64,000 bases of DNA from Gammaproteobacteria bacterium UBA3067 (lineage in GTDB: Bacteria; Pseudomonadota; Gammaproteobacteria; Pseudomonadales; UBA3067): NCBI GenBank assembly GCA_002366835.1, contig DFBZ01000038.1:107333-171332 (forward strand), written 5' to 3'. Both the position numbers and the translations under genes were made by a program. Positions within the stretch are counted from its first letter, which is position 1; each line of letters starts with the position of its first letter. The notes under the pieces are model-generated. The model ran no database searches and was not told the DNA's origin. It saw nothing but the letters and a program-made list of their open reading frames with translations. This document shows positions 38,993 through 48,368 of the stretch, one piece after another.

Positions 38993-39739
38993 TTAGTGAA
39001 TCGTCAATTCGCGGATGGTGAATACGTAGAGATTATCATCCGCTTCTTTTTGCTCAAGTTTAATCAACGTAAAATCATGTGCTTTTGAAAACCACAGTGT
39101 GGTTTGTTTGTTGTTGCTACCGTCGCTGCTTCTTATTACTTTAATCGCCTGAAGCGCCCCCAAAGCCGTGCTGATGCTTTCTTCTCCAACGACCTCAAAG
39201 TGATACCGTTTCACTTTTGTTTTGCGAACAACGTCGTATTCGAATTGTGTTTTGCCTTGCTTGAGGCCACAACGTAATGCGAGCTGGTAACTCAGTGGGT
39301 CAAAAGTGCCGTCAGTAATTGCTAACTTGGCCATCCTTTCTTTATGCCGTGCGCTCACTTGTCTGGCTGGCCAGTTAAACGTTTGTTGATCGACAGTCTT
39401 ATTGCTGAAAATATGTTTTTTGGTGCGGGAAAAGGACCGTGGTACGGGTATGCAGCCATTCCACTGCAGAGAGGATTTTTCCTGCAATGTTGCGCCCATC
39501 ATTTTCCCTTCAAAGGTAAATAATCCATGATTGGGGTTGTTGATTTGCAGAGTGCGCGTAGCGCTGCCTTTAAGTGAGAGCGGGTACCAGACAGAATCGT
39601 AAGTGGCCGTAAATGGCTGAATATGCATGGCGCTTTGAGGAGCAGATTGACCAAAGCCTGGCGCTGACAGCAGCGGCAATAGAATCAGAGCGCTAACAAT
39701 GATTGCTGGCAATCTGTGCTTTGGCTTTTTAATATTCAC
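38993..39739 (-). CDS. DUF3108-like secreted protein
   Basis: It has a signal peptide and a beta-rich sequence. It sits immediately downstream of purN with a 4-nt overlap (GTGA), an arrangement I recall for DUF3108 genes in pseudomonads. Confidence 0.6.
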   Translation of the reverse strand: MNIKKPKHRLPAIIVSALILLPLLSAPGFGQSAPQSAMHIQPFTATYDSVWYPLSLKGSATRTLQINNPNHGLFTFEGKMMGATLQEKSSLQWNGCIPVPRSFSRTKKHIFSNKTVDQQTFNWPARQVSARHKERMAKLAITDGTFDPLSYQLALRCGLKQGKTQFEYDVVRKTKVKRYHFEVVGEESISTALGALQAIKVIRSSDGSNNKQTTLWFSKAHDFTLIKLEQKEADDNLYVFTIRELTIH

Positions 39740-40419
39740 TCCAAATAATAACGATCATAATTTGATTGGCGAAACTTGATACCACCGCTTGTAAGCAGCT
39801 GCTTATTTAAGACAGGTGCACCATCAATTAATTCCAGTTTTGTTTGAGCGATTAAGCCGATACAAAAAGGGTAGAGCTGGTGTTCTTCTTTCTGCACTCT
39901 GGCGGCCAGAAGCTGCTCGGTATCGTTAGGATAGATGGGGACTTCCGATTGGGCAACTACGGGGCCTCCGTCCAGCTCTTCTGTGACATAGTGGATGCTA
40001 CAGCCATGTACGGAGTCATGAGCCTCCAGGGCACGCTTATGGGTTTGAGTGCCTTTGTAGCGTGGCAGTAGAGAAGGGTGGATATTGATTAACTTGCCGC
40101 TTAAAGCGCTCACAAACTGTGCAGAAAGGATGCGCATAAAGCCAGCAAGCACCACTAGGTCAGGCCTACAGGCTTTAAGTGCATCCAGCATGGCCTGATC
40201 GAACTCCTCGCGGCTAGAGTATTGGGTGTGCTCGATCAGAAGGGTGGGAATACCCGCCGCTTCGGCCCTTTTAAGGCCCTTGGCATCAGCTCGATTGCTA
40301 ATTACGAGCTTGATGCTTGCGTCGAGCTTCTTGTTTTGAATGGCATCAATAATCGCTTGCAGATTAGAGCCGTTGCCTGAAATTAGTACGGCGAGTGAAA
40401 AGGGCTGCGAGACGGACAT
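39736..40419 (-). CDS. purN: Phosphoribosylglycinamide formyltransferase
   Basis: It has LISGNGSNLQAII, the HPSLLP motif and a formyltransferase fold. It is downstream of purM. Confidence 0.93.
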   Translation of the reverse strand: MSVSQPFSLAVLISGNGSNLQAIIDAIQNKKLDASIKLVISNRADAKGLKRAEAAGIPTLLIEHTQYSSREEFDQAMLDALKACRPDLVVLAGFMRILSAQFVSALSGKLINIHPSLLPRYKGTQTHKRALEAHDSVHGCSIHYVTEELDGGPVVAQSEVPIYPNDTEQLLAARVQKEEHQLYPFCIGLIAQTKLELIDGAPVLNKQLLTSGGIKFRQSNYDRYYLE

Positions 40420-40427
40420 TTAACTTC

Positions 40428-41465
40428 CTATTCCGGCAGCACAACATAAGGTTCGACGTTGCTACCGGGAGTGATGGAGCCAATTACCCAAGCATTCTCT
40501 CCCGCATCATTAAGTACGCCAAGCGCCTTCTCGGCGTGGTCAGAGGGAATGCAAAGCACCATGCCTACGCCACAGTTAAAGGTGCGATACATTTCTGCTG
40601 TTTCGACTTGGCCCTTTTTCTGGAGCCATTGAAACACTTCTGGCCACTGCCATGAGTCGGTGTCAATTTCAGCTCGGGTATTTGGAGGTAGAACACGGGG
40701 AAGGTTCTCGGGTAGACCGCCACCGGTAATATGTGCGATGGCGTTTACGGGAACCTCTTTCATCAACGCCTGAAGGGATGAGACATAGATGCGCGTAGGG
40801 GTCATGAGGATATCTGAGAGGTCTTGCCCATCCACGGTTTCGTCAATGGATACATCGGGCAGAGACAGGATCTTGCGTATGAGAGAATAACCGTTGGAGT
40901 GAGGGCCTGATGCACCCAGAGCGATTAAGACATTGCCTGCGCTGACCTTCGAGCCATCAATGATTTCAGATTTTTCCACCACGCCAACACAAAAACCGGC
41001 GAGGTCGTAGTCTTCCCCTTCATATAGGCCGGGCATTTCGGCGGTTTCCCCACCAACTAAAGCGCAGCCTGCTTGCTGACAGCCTTCTCCAATACCAGAA
41101 ATTACACTGGCAGCGGTTTCGATATCCAATTTGCCGGTGGCATAGTAGTCGAGAAAGAAAAGCGGTTCTGCACCTGTGACTATAAGGTCATTGACACACA
41201 TGGCTACGAGGTCAATACCCACTGTATCGTGTTTGCCGAGCTCTATAGCAAGCTTTAGTTTGGTACCAACGCCGTCGGTACCTGACACGAGAATGGGATG
41301 ATCATAACCCTGAGGGATCTCACACAGCGCACCAAATCCGCCTAAACCGCCTAATACTTCAGGGCGTTTTGTTTGTCGTGTGATGCTTTTTATACGCTGA
41401 ACGAGTTCATTGCCTGCGTTAATATCAACACCGGCGTCGCGGTACGTAAGGGAGGGTTTGCTCAT
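40428..41465 (-). CDS. purM: Phosphoribosylformylglycinamidine cyclo-ligase (AIR synthetase)
   Basis: The sequence [11 protein letters not shown]...[12 protein letters not shown] is typical of PurM. The start is taken at the ATG at 41465 (MSKPSLTY). Confidence 0.95.
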   Translation of the reverse strand: MSKPSLTYRDAGVDINAGNELVQRIKSITRQTKRPEVLGGLGGFGALCEIPQGYDHPILVSGTDGVGTKLKLAIELGKHDTVGIDLVAMCVNDLIVTGAEPLFFLDYYATGKLDIETAASVISGIGEGCQQAGCALVGGETAEMPGLYEGEDYDLAGFCVGVVEKSEIIDGSKVSAGNVLIALGASGPHSNGYSLIRKILSLPDVSIDETVDGQDLSDILMTPTRIYVSSLQALMKEVPVNAIAHITGGGLPENLPRVLPPNTRAEIDTDSWQWPEVFQWLQKKGQVETAEMYRTFNCGVGMVLCIPSDHAEKALGVLNDAGENAWVIGSITPGSNVEPYVVLPE

Positions 41466-41888
41466 AAGATTCTCAGGTTCTTGGGTAGTTAACTTGGAAG
41501 GGCCGCACACTCTATTTGAGACCAGCTTGCCTTTAATATAGCGGGTAGAAGGCTATTACGAAGGTTTTCTCCAGCAGTAGGCTCTTTTAGGCGACGAAGA
41601 AAGCTGTGTATTTCGGATACAAGATACAAGTTCATGAATTATCCAGATGCGCCTTAGCCGCCTAGTTTACCAGTTTCGATGCCTCTCACCAATCGTCGAG
41701 TTGGAATAGACCGTGATTTCTCCACTTTCCGGGATTATCCATTCCTGTAGTTGTTGTGTTTTTGTGTGGCTTGGCAACATAGTGAAGTTGTTGACTATAA
41801 TTTTAATTAGTCATTATCGTAGGCCTTTGCACGAGAGCTATTTTTCTCTCATCTTATTAAGGGTCTCGTCTTATGGAGAGGGGTTATT

Positions 41889-42083
41889 ATGGCAGAAAAG
41901 AGACATGGTGAAACCGGAACCGGTACGTACTACCGCACAGATCGCTTTTATAGTGAAGAAGGCGGATGGTTTGCAAAGTTGCGGGAAGGAGATGAGCTTG
42001 GGCCCTTCGACTCAAAAGAAGAGGCCAAGCAAGCACTGGCTGATTTCATTGAACTTTATAAAAGAGAAAACCCTGGGAAGTGA
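41889..42083 (+). CDS. Small hypothetical protein (64 aa)
   Basis: It has a good SD (GGAGAGG) and a protein-like, charged and aromatic composition (YYRTDRFYSEEGGWFAKLREGDELGPFDSKEEAKQAL). A hairpin and T-run follow the stop. It resembles small conserved proteins of Pseudomonadales-like genomes from memory only. Confidence 0.55.
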   Translation: MAEKRHGETGTGTYYRTDRFYSEEGGWFAKLREGDELGPFDSKEEAKQALADFIELYKRENPGK

Positions 42084-42177
42084 GCCTAGCGGGGTTTTTT
42101 ACTCCCTTACCCTGCACCCTAAGCACACCTGCCTGCACAAGCCACCTTGAAGGCTGACAGCTCACTGGGCCGGTCGA

Positions 42178-42738
42178 CTATTCCTTTCCAGCCTGGGGTT
42201 CCGGTGCTTTTTTCTCTTGAGGCCTATTCTGATTGGTTTTTTCAGAAGCTTTTTTCACTATTTTAGCTTCGTTTGTATCCGAGCTTTCCTTCGGCTCGCC
42301 TTTTTCCAGGCATATTCTTGCTTCTTTTGTTTCAGACAAGTCTTTATCCAGGGCCGAAATTTGGTCGCGGCGCTTTTTAATTTCAGCCTCAAGATCGCTA
42401 ATCTCGTCTTTTAGTGATGTTACATGTGCGGAAACCTTTTCTTCTTTAGCGCTCGCGTCAGTGATGATGTCGCGGATAACAACATTCATAGATTCTAGGG
42501 TGGTTTTGGCTACGACGATCTTAACCTCATCGTCAATATGCGTAAGCTTGCGTAACAGTTTTATGGTGTCGTTGATACCATATTTGGATTTTAGCTTCTG
42601 TGAATTAAGAACGGCTCGTGATTCATTCTTCTCCCTGTACTCTTCGTCAGAGCCGAAGCTGATGTTACCCGGCTCTCGAGCATCGGGGGCCGCTGGTGCT
42701 TGATCAGCGTCAGTACGTTCTTTGGAAAAAAGTCCCAT
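42178..42738 (-). CDS. Hypothetical coiled-coil protein
   Basis: A strong SD (GGAGGA) precedes the ATG. The protein is Lys/Glu-rich with heptad-like repeats. The opposite-strand ORF (42233-42703) has Ser/Phe/Leu-rich antisense character. Confidence 0.6.
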   Translation of the reverse strand: MGLFSKERTDADQAPAAPDAREPGNISFGSDEEYREKNESRAVLNSQKLKSKYGINDTIKLLRKLTHIDDEVKIVVAKTTLESMNVVIRDIITDASAKEEKVSAHVTSLKDEISDLEAEIKKRRDQISALDKDLSETKEARICLEKGEPKESSDTNEAKIVKKASEKTNQNRPQEKKAPEPQAGKE

Positions 42739-42849
42739 AGGATCCTCCGTGGTTAATTTTGATTAATATCTTGATACCCTGCAGAAAGTATATTAGACGA
42801 TTCCCAATTTTGTAGTGAACAGTTGAGGTCTACATTGCCGTTAATGCTT

Positions 42850-43491
42850 TCATGCAGGGGATTGATGGAAAGGCGACATGGAGTTTGCGGTATTTAGAAT
42901 ATGTTTCTTACGGAACATCAGCTCCCACTCGCTTCCGCCAAGTTCTCGCCAAAGGTGTGCGGAGCGTACGCCGGCAAATAATACGGCGCATAGTTTTTCC
43001 TTTTGCGCAGGGGACATTAGTAGCGATGGTCGGCCGTGAATAATAACGCGATACTTGGAGCTCCCTGCTGTATCCACATACAAACTTCCCAGCTTTGAGA
43101 TAACGCTGTGATTTGTTACTGAATCAAAAAACTCTAGATGCCGTTTATGGTGCTGGATTCTGGTTTTAATCAAGGCATGAAGCGCTTGGTGACGTGATAT
43201 AACGCGCTCAATGCGAATAAGCGCTTTGGAGTATGCCAGCCAACGGGCCGCAGATTCATCTCGGGGCTTACTTAGGGCGACCTGTAAGGCGCAGATGCCA
43301 AGTTCAGCCTGGTATTCAGCATCGTAGACATCCGATACCGAGCGAGGGTTTGTTTGAAAAACACTATTGATAGACTCAGCGAAACTTTCTTCTGGCACCT
43401 GGCCAATTGTCGAAAGAGAGTCCACGAGATTGGCTGCTTGAAAAATCCCCGCGAGGGCAAGGGTTTTATCTTGCTGCTTGCTGTCTATCAT
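42850..43491 (-). CDS. hflD: High frequency of lysogenization protein HflD
   Basis: About 213 aa starting MIDSKQQDKTLALAGIFQAANLV, which is typical of HflD. It keeps the conserved position next to mnmA. Confidence 0.85.
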   Translation of the reverse strand: MIDSKQQDKTLALAGIFQAANLVDSLSTIGQVPEESFAESINSVFQTNPRSVSDVYDAEYQAELGICALQVALSKPRDESAARWLAYSKALIRIERVISRHQALHALIKTRIQHHKRHLEFFDSVTNHSVISKLGSLYVDTAGSSKYRVIIHGRPSLLMSPAQKEKLCAVLFAGVRSAHLWRELGGSEWELMFRKKHILNTANSMSPFHQSPA

Positions 43492-43626
43492 AACGAACCG
43501 CCGTAATGAGGGCATATCGGGAGCCCCAAGAACCCTTTATGTTTTTATTATAGGCGTGGCAGATTCGGGTCAATGTATGATTTACGGCGTTTTTATATAT
43601 TTTTGTAACTAAGCTCTGGCGGGTAC

Positions 43627-44712
43627 TTAGCTGGTGGATTCTATTACGCCTCCGCCCAGGCAGGTCATTCCATCGTAAAATACAACGTATTGGCCTGGGG
43701 TCACTGCGCGCTGTTGCTCATTAAAGTCCACTTGGTATACGCCGCTTTCAGACATTTTTAAAACACATTCCTGATCTGGCTGGCGATAACGGGTTTTAGC
43801 AAAGCAGTGATAAGGAAGACTGGGTGCCTGCCCAGATACCCACTCGATTTTGCTACAGGTGAGGGTATGGGAGAATAACATGGGGTGATTATTGCCTTGG
43901 GCGACAATCAACTGGTTGCTATCAAGGTTTTTCCCTACAACGTACCAGGGTGATTCACTATGGTCACTTAAGCCACCTATGCCAATCCCCTGCCGTTGGC
44001 CAAGGGTGTAAAACATGAGCCCCCGATGTTTGCCTATGGCTTCGCCTTCATCGCTCACAACCTCACCAGGCTGGGCGGGAATATAGCGCTCCAGAAAATC
44101 GTTAAAACGACGCTCTCCAATAAAACAGATGCCCGTGCTGTCTTTTTTATCGTGATTAGTGAAGCCAAGTTTCTCTGCAATTTTACGCACTTCGGGTTTT
44201 TCCAGAGCGCCGATGGGAAACAAGGTTTTTGCAATCTGTTGCCCGCTGACGGCATGGAGGAAGTAGGTTTGATCCTTGTTGGTATCCGCACCTTTTAGGA
44301 GCTTGGCGGTATCGCTATCGCTTGATCTCTGCGCGTAATGTCCGGTGGCTATATAGTCAGCCCCTAGCTCGACGGCGTAGTCAAGGAAGGCTTTAAATTT
44401 GATTTCCTTGTTGCAAAGTATGTCGGGATTGGGAGTGCGTCCCGCTTTGTATTCAGCGATAAAGTGCTCAAATACATTGTCCCAGTATTCAGCTGCAAAA
44501 TTAGCCGTATGCAGTGTAATGCCGAGTTGTTCGCACACACTTTGGGCATCTTTGAGGTCTTCAATAGCTGTGCAGTATTCGGTTCCATCATCCTCTTCCC
44601 AGTTTTTCATGAACAGCCCTTCTACTTTATAACCCTGCTGAAGAAGAAGGTAGGCAGCAACGGAGGAGTCAACGCCGCCAGACATGCCGACGATTACGTG
44701 TTTCTGGGTCAT
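43627..44712 (-). CDS. mnmA: tRNA 2-thiouridine(34) synthase
   Basis: It has the PP-loop [12 protein letters not shown]. The start is taken at the ATG at 44712 (MTQKHVIVG). Confidence 0.95.
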   Translation of the reverse strand: MTQKHVIVGMSGGVDSSVAAYLLLQQGYKVEGLFMKNWEEDDGTEYCTAIEDLKDAQSVCEQLGITLHTANFAAEYWDNVFEHFIAEYKAGRTPNPDILCNKEIKFKAFLDYAVELGADYIATGHYAQRSSDSDTAKLLKGADTNKDQTYFLHAVSGQQIAKTLFPIGALEKPEVRKIAEKLGFTNHDKKDSTGICFIGERRFNDFLERYIPAQPGEVVSDEGEAIGKHRGLMFYTLGQRQGIGIGGLSDHSESPWYVVGKNLDSNQLIVAQGNNHPMLFSHTLTCSKIEWVSGQAPSLPYHCFAKTRYRQPDQECVLKMSESGVYQVDFNEQQRAVTPGQYVVFYDGMTCLGGGVIESTS

Positions 44713-44722
44713 AAAAATGCTC

Positions 44723-45172
44723 TTATTCGTAATATTCTTCGATGGTATCGAGGGGGAATCTGCGACCAGCACAGTAGTCTTCGGTGCATTTTAATACAAT
44801 GGGGCTGCGTAATGATGTTTTACGGGATTTTATTTCATCCAGCGTCATCCAGTGGGTGCGAATAATATCTGAGTCCAGTGTATAGCCGGGGTTGAAGTGT
44901 TTTGCGTCAGCGACAAAGGTTGTGCGATAAAAAGTCATGGTTTTGCACTGTGTCATATAGGTGTAGAAACCAAGCAGCGCCGTGGGCTCGACTGTCCACC
45001 CAGTTTCTTCCAGGGTTTCTCGAATCGCTGCATCAATGAGTGTTTCATCGGCTTCAACATGACCAGCTGGCTGGTTTAGTACAACTTTATTATTAATCCG
45101 CTCTTCCACCAGTAGGAATTTGTCGTCTTGCTTAACGATGGTGGCAACGGTTACATGGGGAGTCCAGGTCAT
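44723..45172 (-). CDS. NUDIX hydrolase (NudJ-like by position upstream of mnmA)
   Basis: The Nudix box is [22 protein letters not shown]. The start is taken at the ATG at 45172 ([13 protein letters not shown]). Confidence 0.85.
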   Translation of the reverse strand: MTWTPHVTVATIVKQDDKFLLVEERINNKVVLNQPAGHVEADETLIDAAIRETLEETGWTVEPTALLGFYTYMTQCKTMTFYRTTFVADAKHFNPGYTLDSDIIRTHWMTLDEIKSRKTSLRSPIVLKCTEDYCAGRRFPLDTIEEYYE

Positions 45173-45283
45173 ATAGATGGCTTCTCTCTTGGTATTAAGC
45201 ACGCTTGCGCTGAAAGTGTTAATGTTACGCTATTTCAAAGCCAAGCTCACAGTTTGGCTGGAGTTTATAAGCGTGGAGTTGGT

Positions 45284-45766
45284 ATGTCTAAATTAAGCCA
45301 TTTAGATGAAAGTGGTGCGGCATCGATGGTGGATGTTACAGATAAACGTGTGACGGGCCGTGAGGCCATTGCACAAGCGGAAATACGGATGAAGCCTGAG
45401 ACCTTGGTTCTGGCGCTATCTGAAAACAATAGAAAAGGAGATGTGTTATCGGTGGCCCGGATTGCAGGCATTCAAGCCGCCAAAAAAACCCATGATCTTA
45501 TTCCTTTATGTCACCCATTAATGCTCACCTCGATTAAAGTTGAGTTTGATGTCAATAAGGAGGAAGGCCGCCTTGGCATTATTACTCGCTGTAAACTAGC
45601 TGGCCAAACTGGCGTGGAAATGGAAGCGCTGACGGCGGCCACTGTTGCCGCGCTCACTGTTTACGATATGTGCAAGGCGGTGGATAAAGGCATTATCATT
45701 GGTGAGATAAAACTTTTGGAAAAGCGCGGTGGTAAAAGTGGCCACTGGAATGCACCGTTGGCGTAA
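45284..45766 (+). CDS. moaC: Cyclic pyranopterin monophosphate synthase
   Basis: The sequence [21 protein letters not shown]...IPLCHPL...[10 protein letters not shown] is typical of MoaC. The ORF-track extension overlaps the divergent nudix gene. Confidence 0.93.
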   Translation: MSKLSHLDESGAASMVDVTDKRVTGREAIAQAEIRMKPETLVLALSENNRKGDVLSVARIAGIQAAKKTHDLIPLCHPLMLTSIKVEFDVNKEEGRLGIITRCKLAGQTGVEMEALTAATVAALTVYDMCKAVDKGIIIGEIKLLEKRGGKSGHWNAPLA

Positions 45767-45785
45767 GCAAAAAGAAGGAGGCTAG

Positions 45786-46043
45786 ATGAAAATTAAAATC
45801 TGTTATTTTGCCAAAATCAGGGAGCAGCTAGACGTATCTGAAGAACAACTGATATTTCCTGATGCCTGTGATAATACAGAGAGACTGCTTGAGTTTCTTC
45901 AGGCGCGTGGTGAGCGTTGGAGTCAAGTTTTTTCTAGTGATCAAAAAGTTCTAAAGGCTGTAAACCATGAGATTGTGAGCGAGAAATGCGCGCTTAACGA
46001 TGGCGATGAGGTGGCTTTTTTTCCTCCGGTAACTGGGGGGTAA
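45786..46043 (+). CDS. moaD: Molybdopterin synthase sulfur-carrier subunit
   Basis: An 85-aa ubiquitin-like protein ending in the diagnostic C-terminal Gly-Gly. It lies between moaC and moaE. Confidence 0.9.
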   Translation: MKIKICYFAKIREQLDVSEEQLIFPDACDNTERLLEFLQARGERWSQVFSSDQKVLKAVNHEIVSEKCALNDGDEVAFFPPVTGG

Positions 46044-46047
46044 TGGC

Positions 46048-46497
46048 TTGATTCACATACAGCATGATGATTTTGATGCGGGCATTGAAATAGAAAGCTT
46101 GCGCAGTATCGGCTCCCATATTGGTGCAGTGGTGTCTTTTGTCGGGTCTGTCAGGGAGTTCAGCGACGTCAGGGAGTTAATCGCCTTGGAATTAGAGCAT
46201 TACCCCAAAATGACACAAAAAAGTCTTGAGTCGATTGCAGCGGAGGCCAAATCCCGTTGGGATGTAGAAGCCGTTAAAATAATTCACAGAGTAGGGCGCT
46301 TATTACCCTCTGATCGTATCGTCTTTGTGGGCATCGCCAGTCGGCATCGCAGTGAGGCCTTTTTGGCCTGTGAGTTTGTTATCGATGTGCTAAAAACCCA
46401 GGCACCTTTTTGGAAGAAGGAGTGCTTATCATCTGGGGATCAATGGGTTGACGCGAAGCAATCGGATGACAAAAAATCGTTGCGATGGGAGAAATAG
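46048..46497 (+). CDS. moaE: Molybdopterin synthase catalytic subunit
   Basis: A 149-aa protein with GAVVSFVGSVREF, typical of MoaE. The TTG start is uncertain. Confidence 0.88.
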   Translation: MIHIQHDDFDAGIEIESLRSIGSHIGAVVSFVGSVREFSDVRELIALELEHYPKMTQKSLESIAAEAKSRWDVEAVKIIHRVGRLLPSDRIVFVGIASRHRSEAFLACEFVIDVLKTQAPFWKKECLSSGDQWVDAKQSDDKKSLRWEK

Positions 46498-46505
46498 AGG
46501 CCTAT

Positions 46506-47126
46506 TTATTTGCGTTGCGGCCTTGAGTGAATTCTTTTTCCTGCGCGATTATTTTTGGGCTGTTGAGTTTCCAGAAGTATTTCATTGGGGATATCGGCCA
46601 GTTTCCATTGCCCAGATGTAAGTGTCGTAATATTCCAGGGGCCGATAGCGTAGCGAATCAAGCGTAATGTTGGGAAGCCAATGGCGGCTGTCATACGCCG
46701 CACCTGACGGTTTTTACCCTCAGTAAGAATGATTTCGAGCCAGCTGGTGGGCTTGTTTTTTCTTTCTCGAATGGGTGGTTTGCGCTGCCATACTTCTGGT
46801 GGAGCGATTATTCTTACTTTGGCCTTTTTACAGCGCCCATCCTTAAGTTCGATGCCCGAACGCAGTGGCTCTAGATCTTCTTGCCTTGGAACGCCTTCAA
46901 CCTGAACCCAGTAGGTTTTTGCCATTTTTTTTCGAGGGTGGCTGATACGCTGCTGAAGCTGTCCGTCATTGGTGAGTAAGATCAATCCTTCTGAGTCGTA
47001 ATCGAGCCTGCCAGCAGGGTAGTAGCCTTTATAGTGAACAAAATCGGCTAAGCAGCTACGACCTTCATTGTCAGTAAATTGAGAAAGAACCTGAAAGGGT
47101 TTGTTGAGACAAATGACTTGTTTCAT
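46506..47126 (-). CDS. rluE: rRNA pseudouridine synthase of the RsuA/RluE family lacking an S4 domain (RluE-like)
   Basis: It has the catalytic motif AGRLDYDSEGL and KNRQVRRM. The start is taken at the ATG at 47126 (MKQVICLNKP). Confidence 0.8.
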   Translation of the reverse strand: MKQVICLNKPFQVLSQFTDNEGRSCLADFVHYKGYYPAGRLDYDSEGLILLTNDGQLQQRISHPRKKMAKTYWVQVEGVPRQEDLEPLRSGIELKDGRCKKAKVRIIAPPEVWQRKPPIRERKNKPTSWLEIILTEGKNRQVRRMTAAIGFPTLRLIRYAIGPWNITTLTSGQWKLADIPNEILLETQQPKNNRAGKRIHSRPQRK

Positions 47127-47353
47127 GAAATGTTTTATCCACGGTTTTGAGCGCCAAAATTTGCACGATATTTTGCGTGTTGTTGGCGGCGAAAGCCGGT
47201 GATAAGAACGCACGTTTGCACAAGCAATCAACAGGGCTGCCGGAAAGTTTCCTGCGCAGCCGTTGCGTGATTATATCTTGAACTAAAGCACGAGACGAGG
47301 CCGATGCATGAGAGCCGAGATATTCTCACATAGTGGTCGTTCCTTAATAAGAA

Positions 47354-47650
47354 TTAGGCAGGCTCTAACGCAATACTGACTGCTGAGCTTTCTTCTTGTT
47401 GGTTTTGTTGGGTAACAGGTGTTTGTGCCTGAGGCCCACCTTCGCTATTAATAAAGCTCACATCTACCGCGTGGGTGCCTTTATCTGCTTGCCGGGTGGT
47501 ATAAGAAATCGCTTGGCCGGCGCGTAGACTCTTGTAGCCCTCCATCTCGATATAGGAGAAGTGCACAAAAAGATCATCTCCCCCTTCGTCTGGACGAATA
47601 AAACCATAGCCCTTGGCATTGTTAAACCACTTCACTTTCCCTGTAGCCAT
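47354..47650 (-). CDS. cspD: Cold-shock-domain protein, CspD-like
   Basis: It has MATGKVKWFNNAKGYGFI (RNP1) and a C-terminal extension. It is divergent from clpS-clpA as in E. coli. Confidence 0.85.
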   Translation of the reverse strand: MATGKVKWFNNAKGYGFIRPDEGGDDLFVHFSYIEMEGYKSLRAGQAISYTTRQADKGTHAVDVSFINSEGGPQAQTPVTQQNQQEESSAVSIALEPA

Positions 47651-48000
47651 TATTAACATTCCTTTATATGTATTCGTTATTATTAGTATTGTTTTGTAAA
47701 CTTACTTTTTGCTGCTAACTTCAACAGCTTAGTAACAAGCCATCTACTCTTTACGAAAAGATTCGGTTTGTCAAGAGCTCAGCCAGGGTTTTTCGTTAAA
47801 TTAGCCTTTGATTTTTATCCCCCAGGGCCCTATGTTACTGAAAAGGAAAGGCCGATGCTCTAATTAGCTTACTGGGTTTTTTATGGTTTTTTGCGGTCAT
47901 TATTCTATTTTAATAAACAGCTATTTGTTTGGTATGAGTTTCCATTATGAGTAAATCTGAATTTTGTCGGCTAGTATTAAATAGTAGAGAGGGTGAAAAC

Positions 48001-48312
48001 ATGGATGACGATTCCATCGACATAGCAACGGCGCAGCCCATTGCCAAGGAGAAAGTCACCCCTCCATCCATGTATAAAGTTGTGTTGATTAATGATGACT
48101 ATACCCCCATGGATTTTGTAGTAGATGTTCTAAAAATATTTTTTGGGATGGACGAGGAGCAAGCTGTGCAGGTCATGATGATGGTGCATAGGCAAGGGAA
48201 AGCGACATGTGGATCCTACACCAAGGATGTTGCGGAAACCAAAGCCCATCAGGTATGCCTGTTTGCAAAAGAGCATCAGCATCCGCTTCTCTGTGAAATT
48301 GAGATAGTTTAG
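48001..48312 (+). CDS. clpS: ATP-dependent Clp protease adaptor ClpS
   Basis: [24 protein letters not shown] is nearly identical in pattern to E. coli ClpS. The ATG at 48001 has a GAGGG SD, while the ATG at 47947 has none. Confidence 0.93.
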   Translation: MDDDSIDIATAQPIAKEKVTPPSMYKVVLINDDYTPMDFVVDVLKIFFGMDEEQAVQVMMMVHRQGKATCGSYTKDVAETKAHQVCLFAKEHQHPLLCEIEIV

Positions 48313-48368
48313 AAATAAACCATCTACTCACTTTTGGTTTTAACATATCGTACCGGTGGATACATTCA

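Noticed and set aside
41639-41743. DnaA-box-like 9-mers ttatccaga (41639-41647) and ttatccatt (41735-41743) upstream of purM
   Set aside because: They match the consensus at only 8/9 and 7/9 positions, lie about 90 nt apart in AT-rich DNA and do not form a cluster, so chance occurrence is likely.
41713-42150. A 145-aa plus-strand ORF overlapping the 64-aa ORF
   Set aside because: It has a GTG start without an SD and a hydrophobic, Cys-rich odd composition. The 64-aa frame has a good SD, a protein-like sequence and a terminator.
42233-42703. A 156-aa plus-strand ORF
   Set aside because: It is a Ser/Phe/Leu-rich mirror image of the Lys/Glu-rich minus-strand coiled-coil gene, and the latter has a strong SD.
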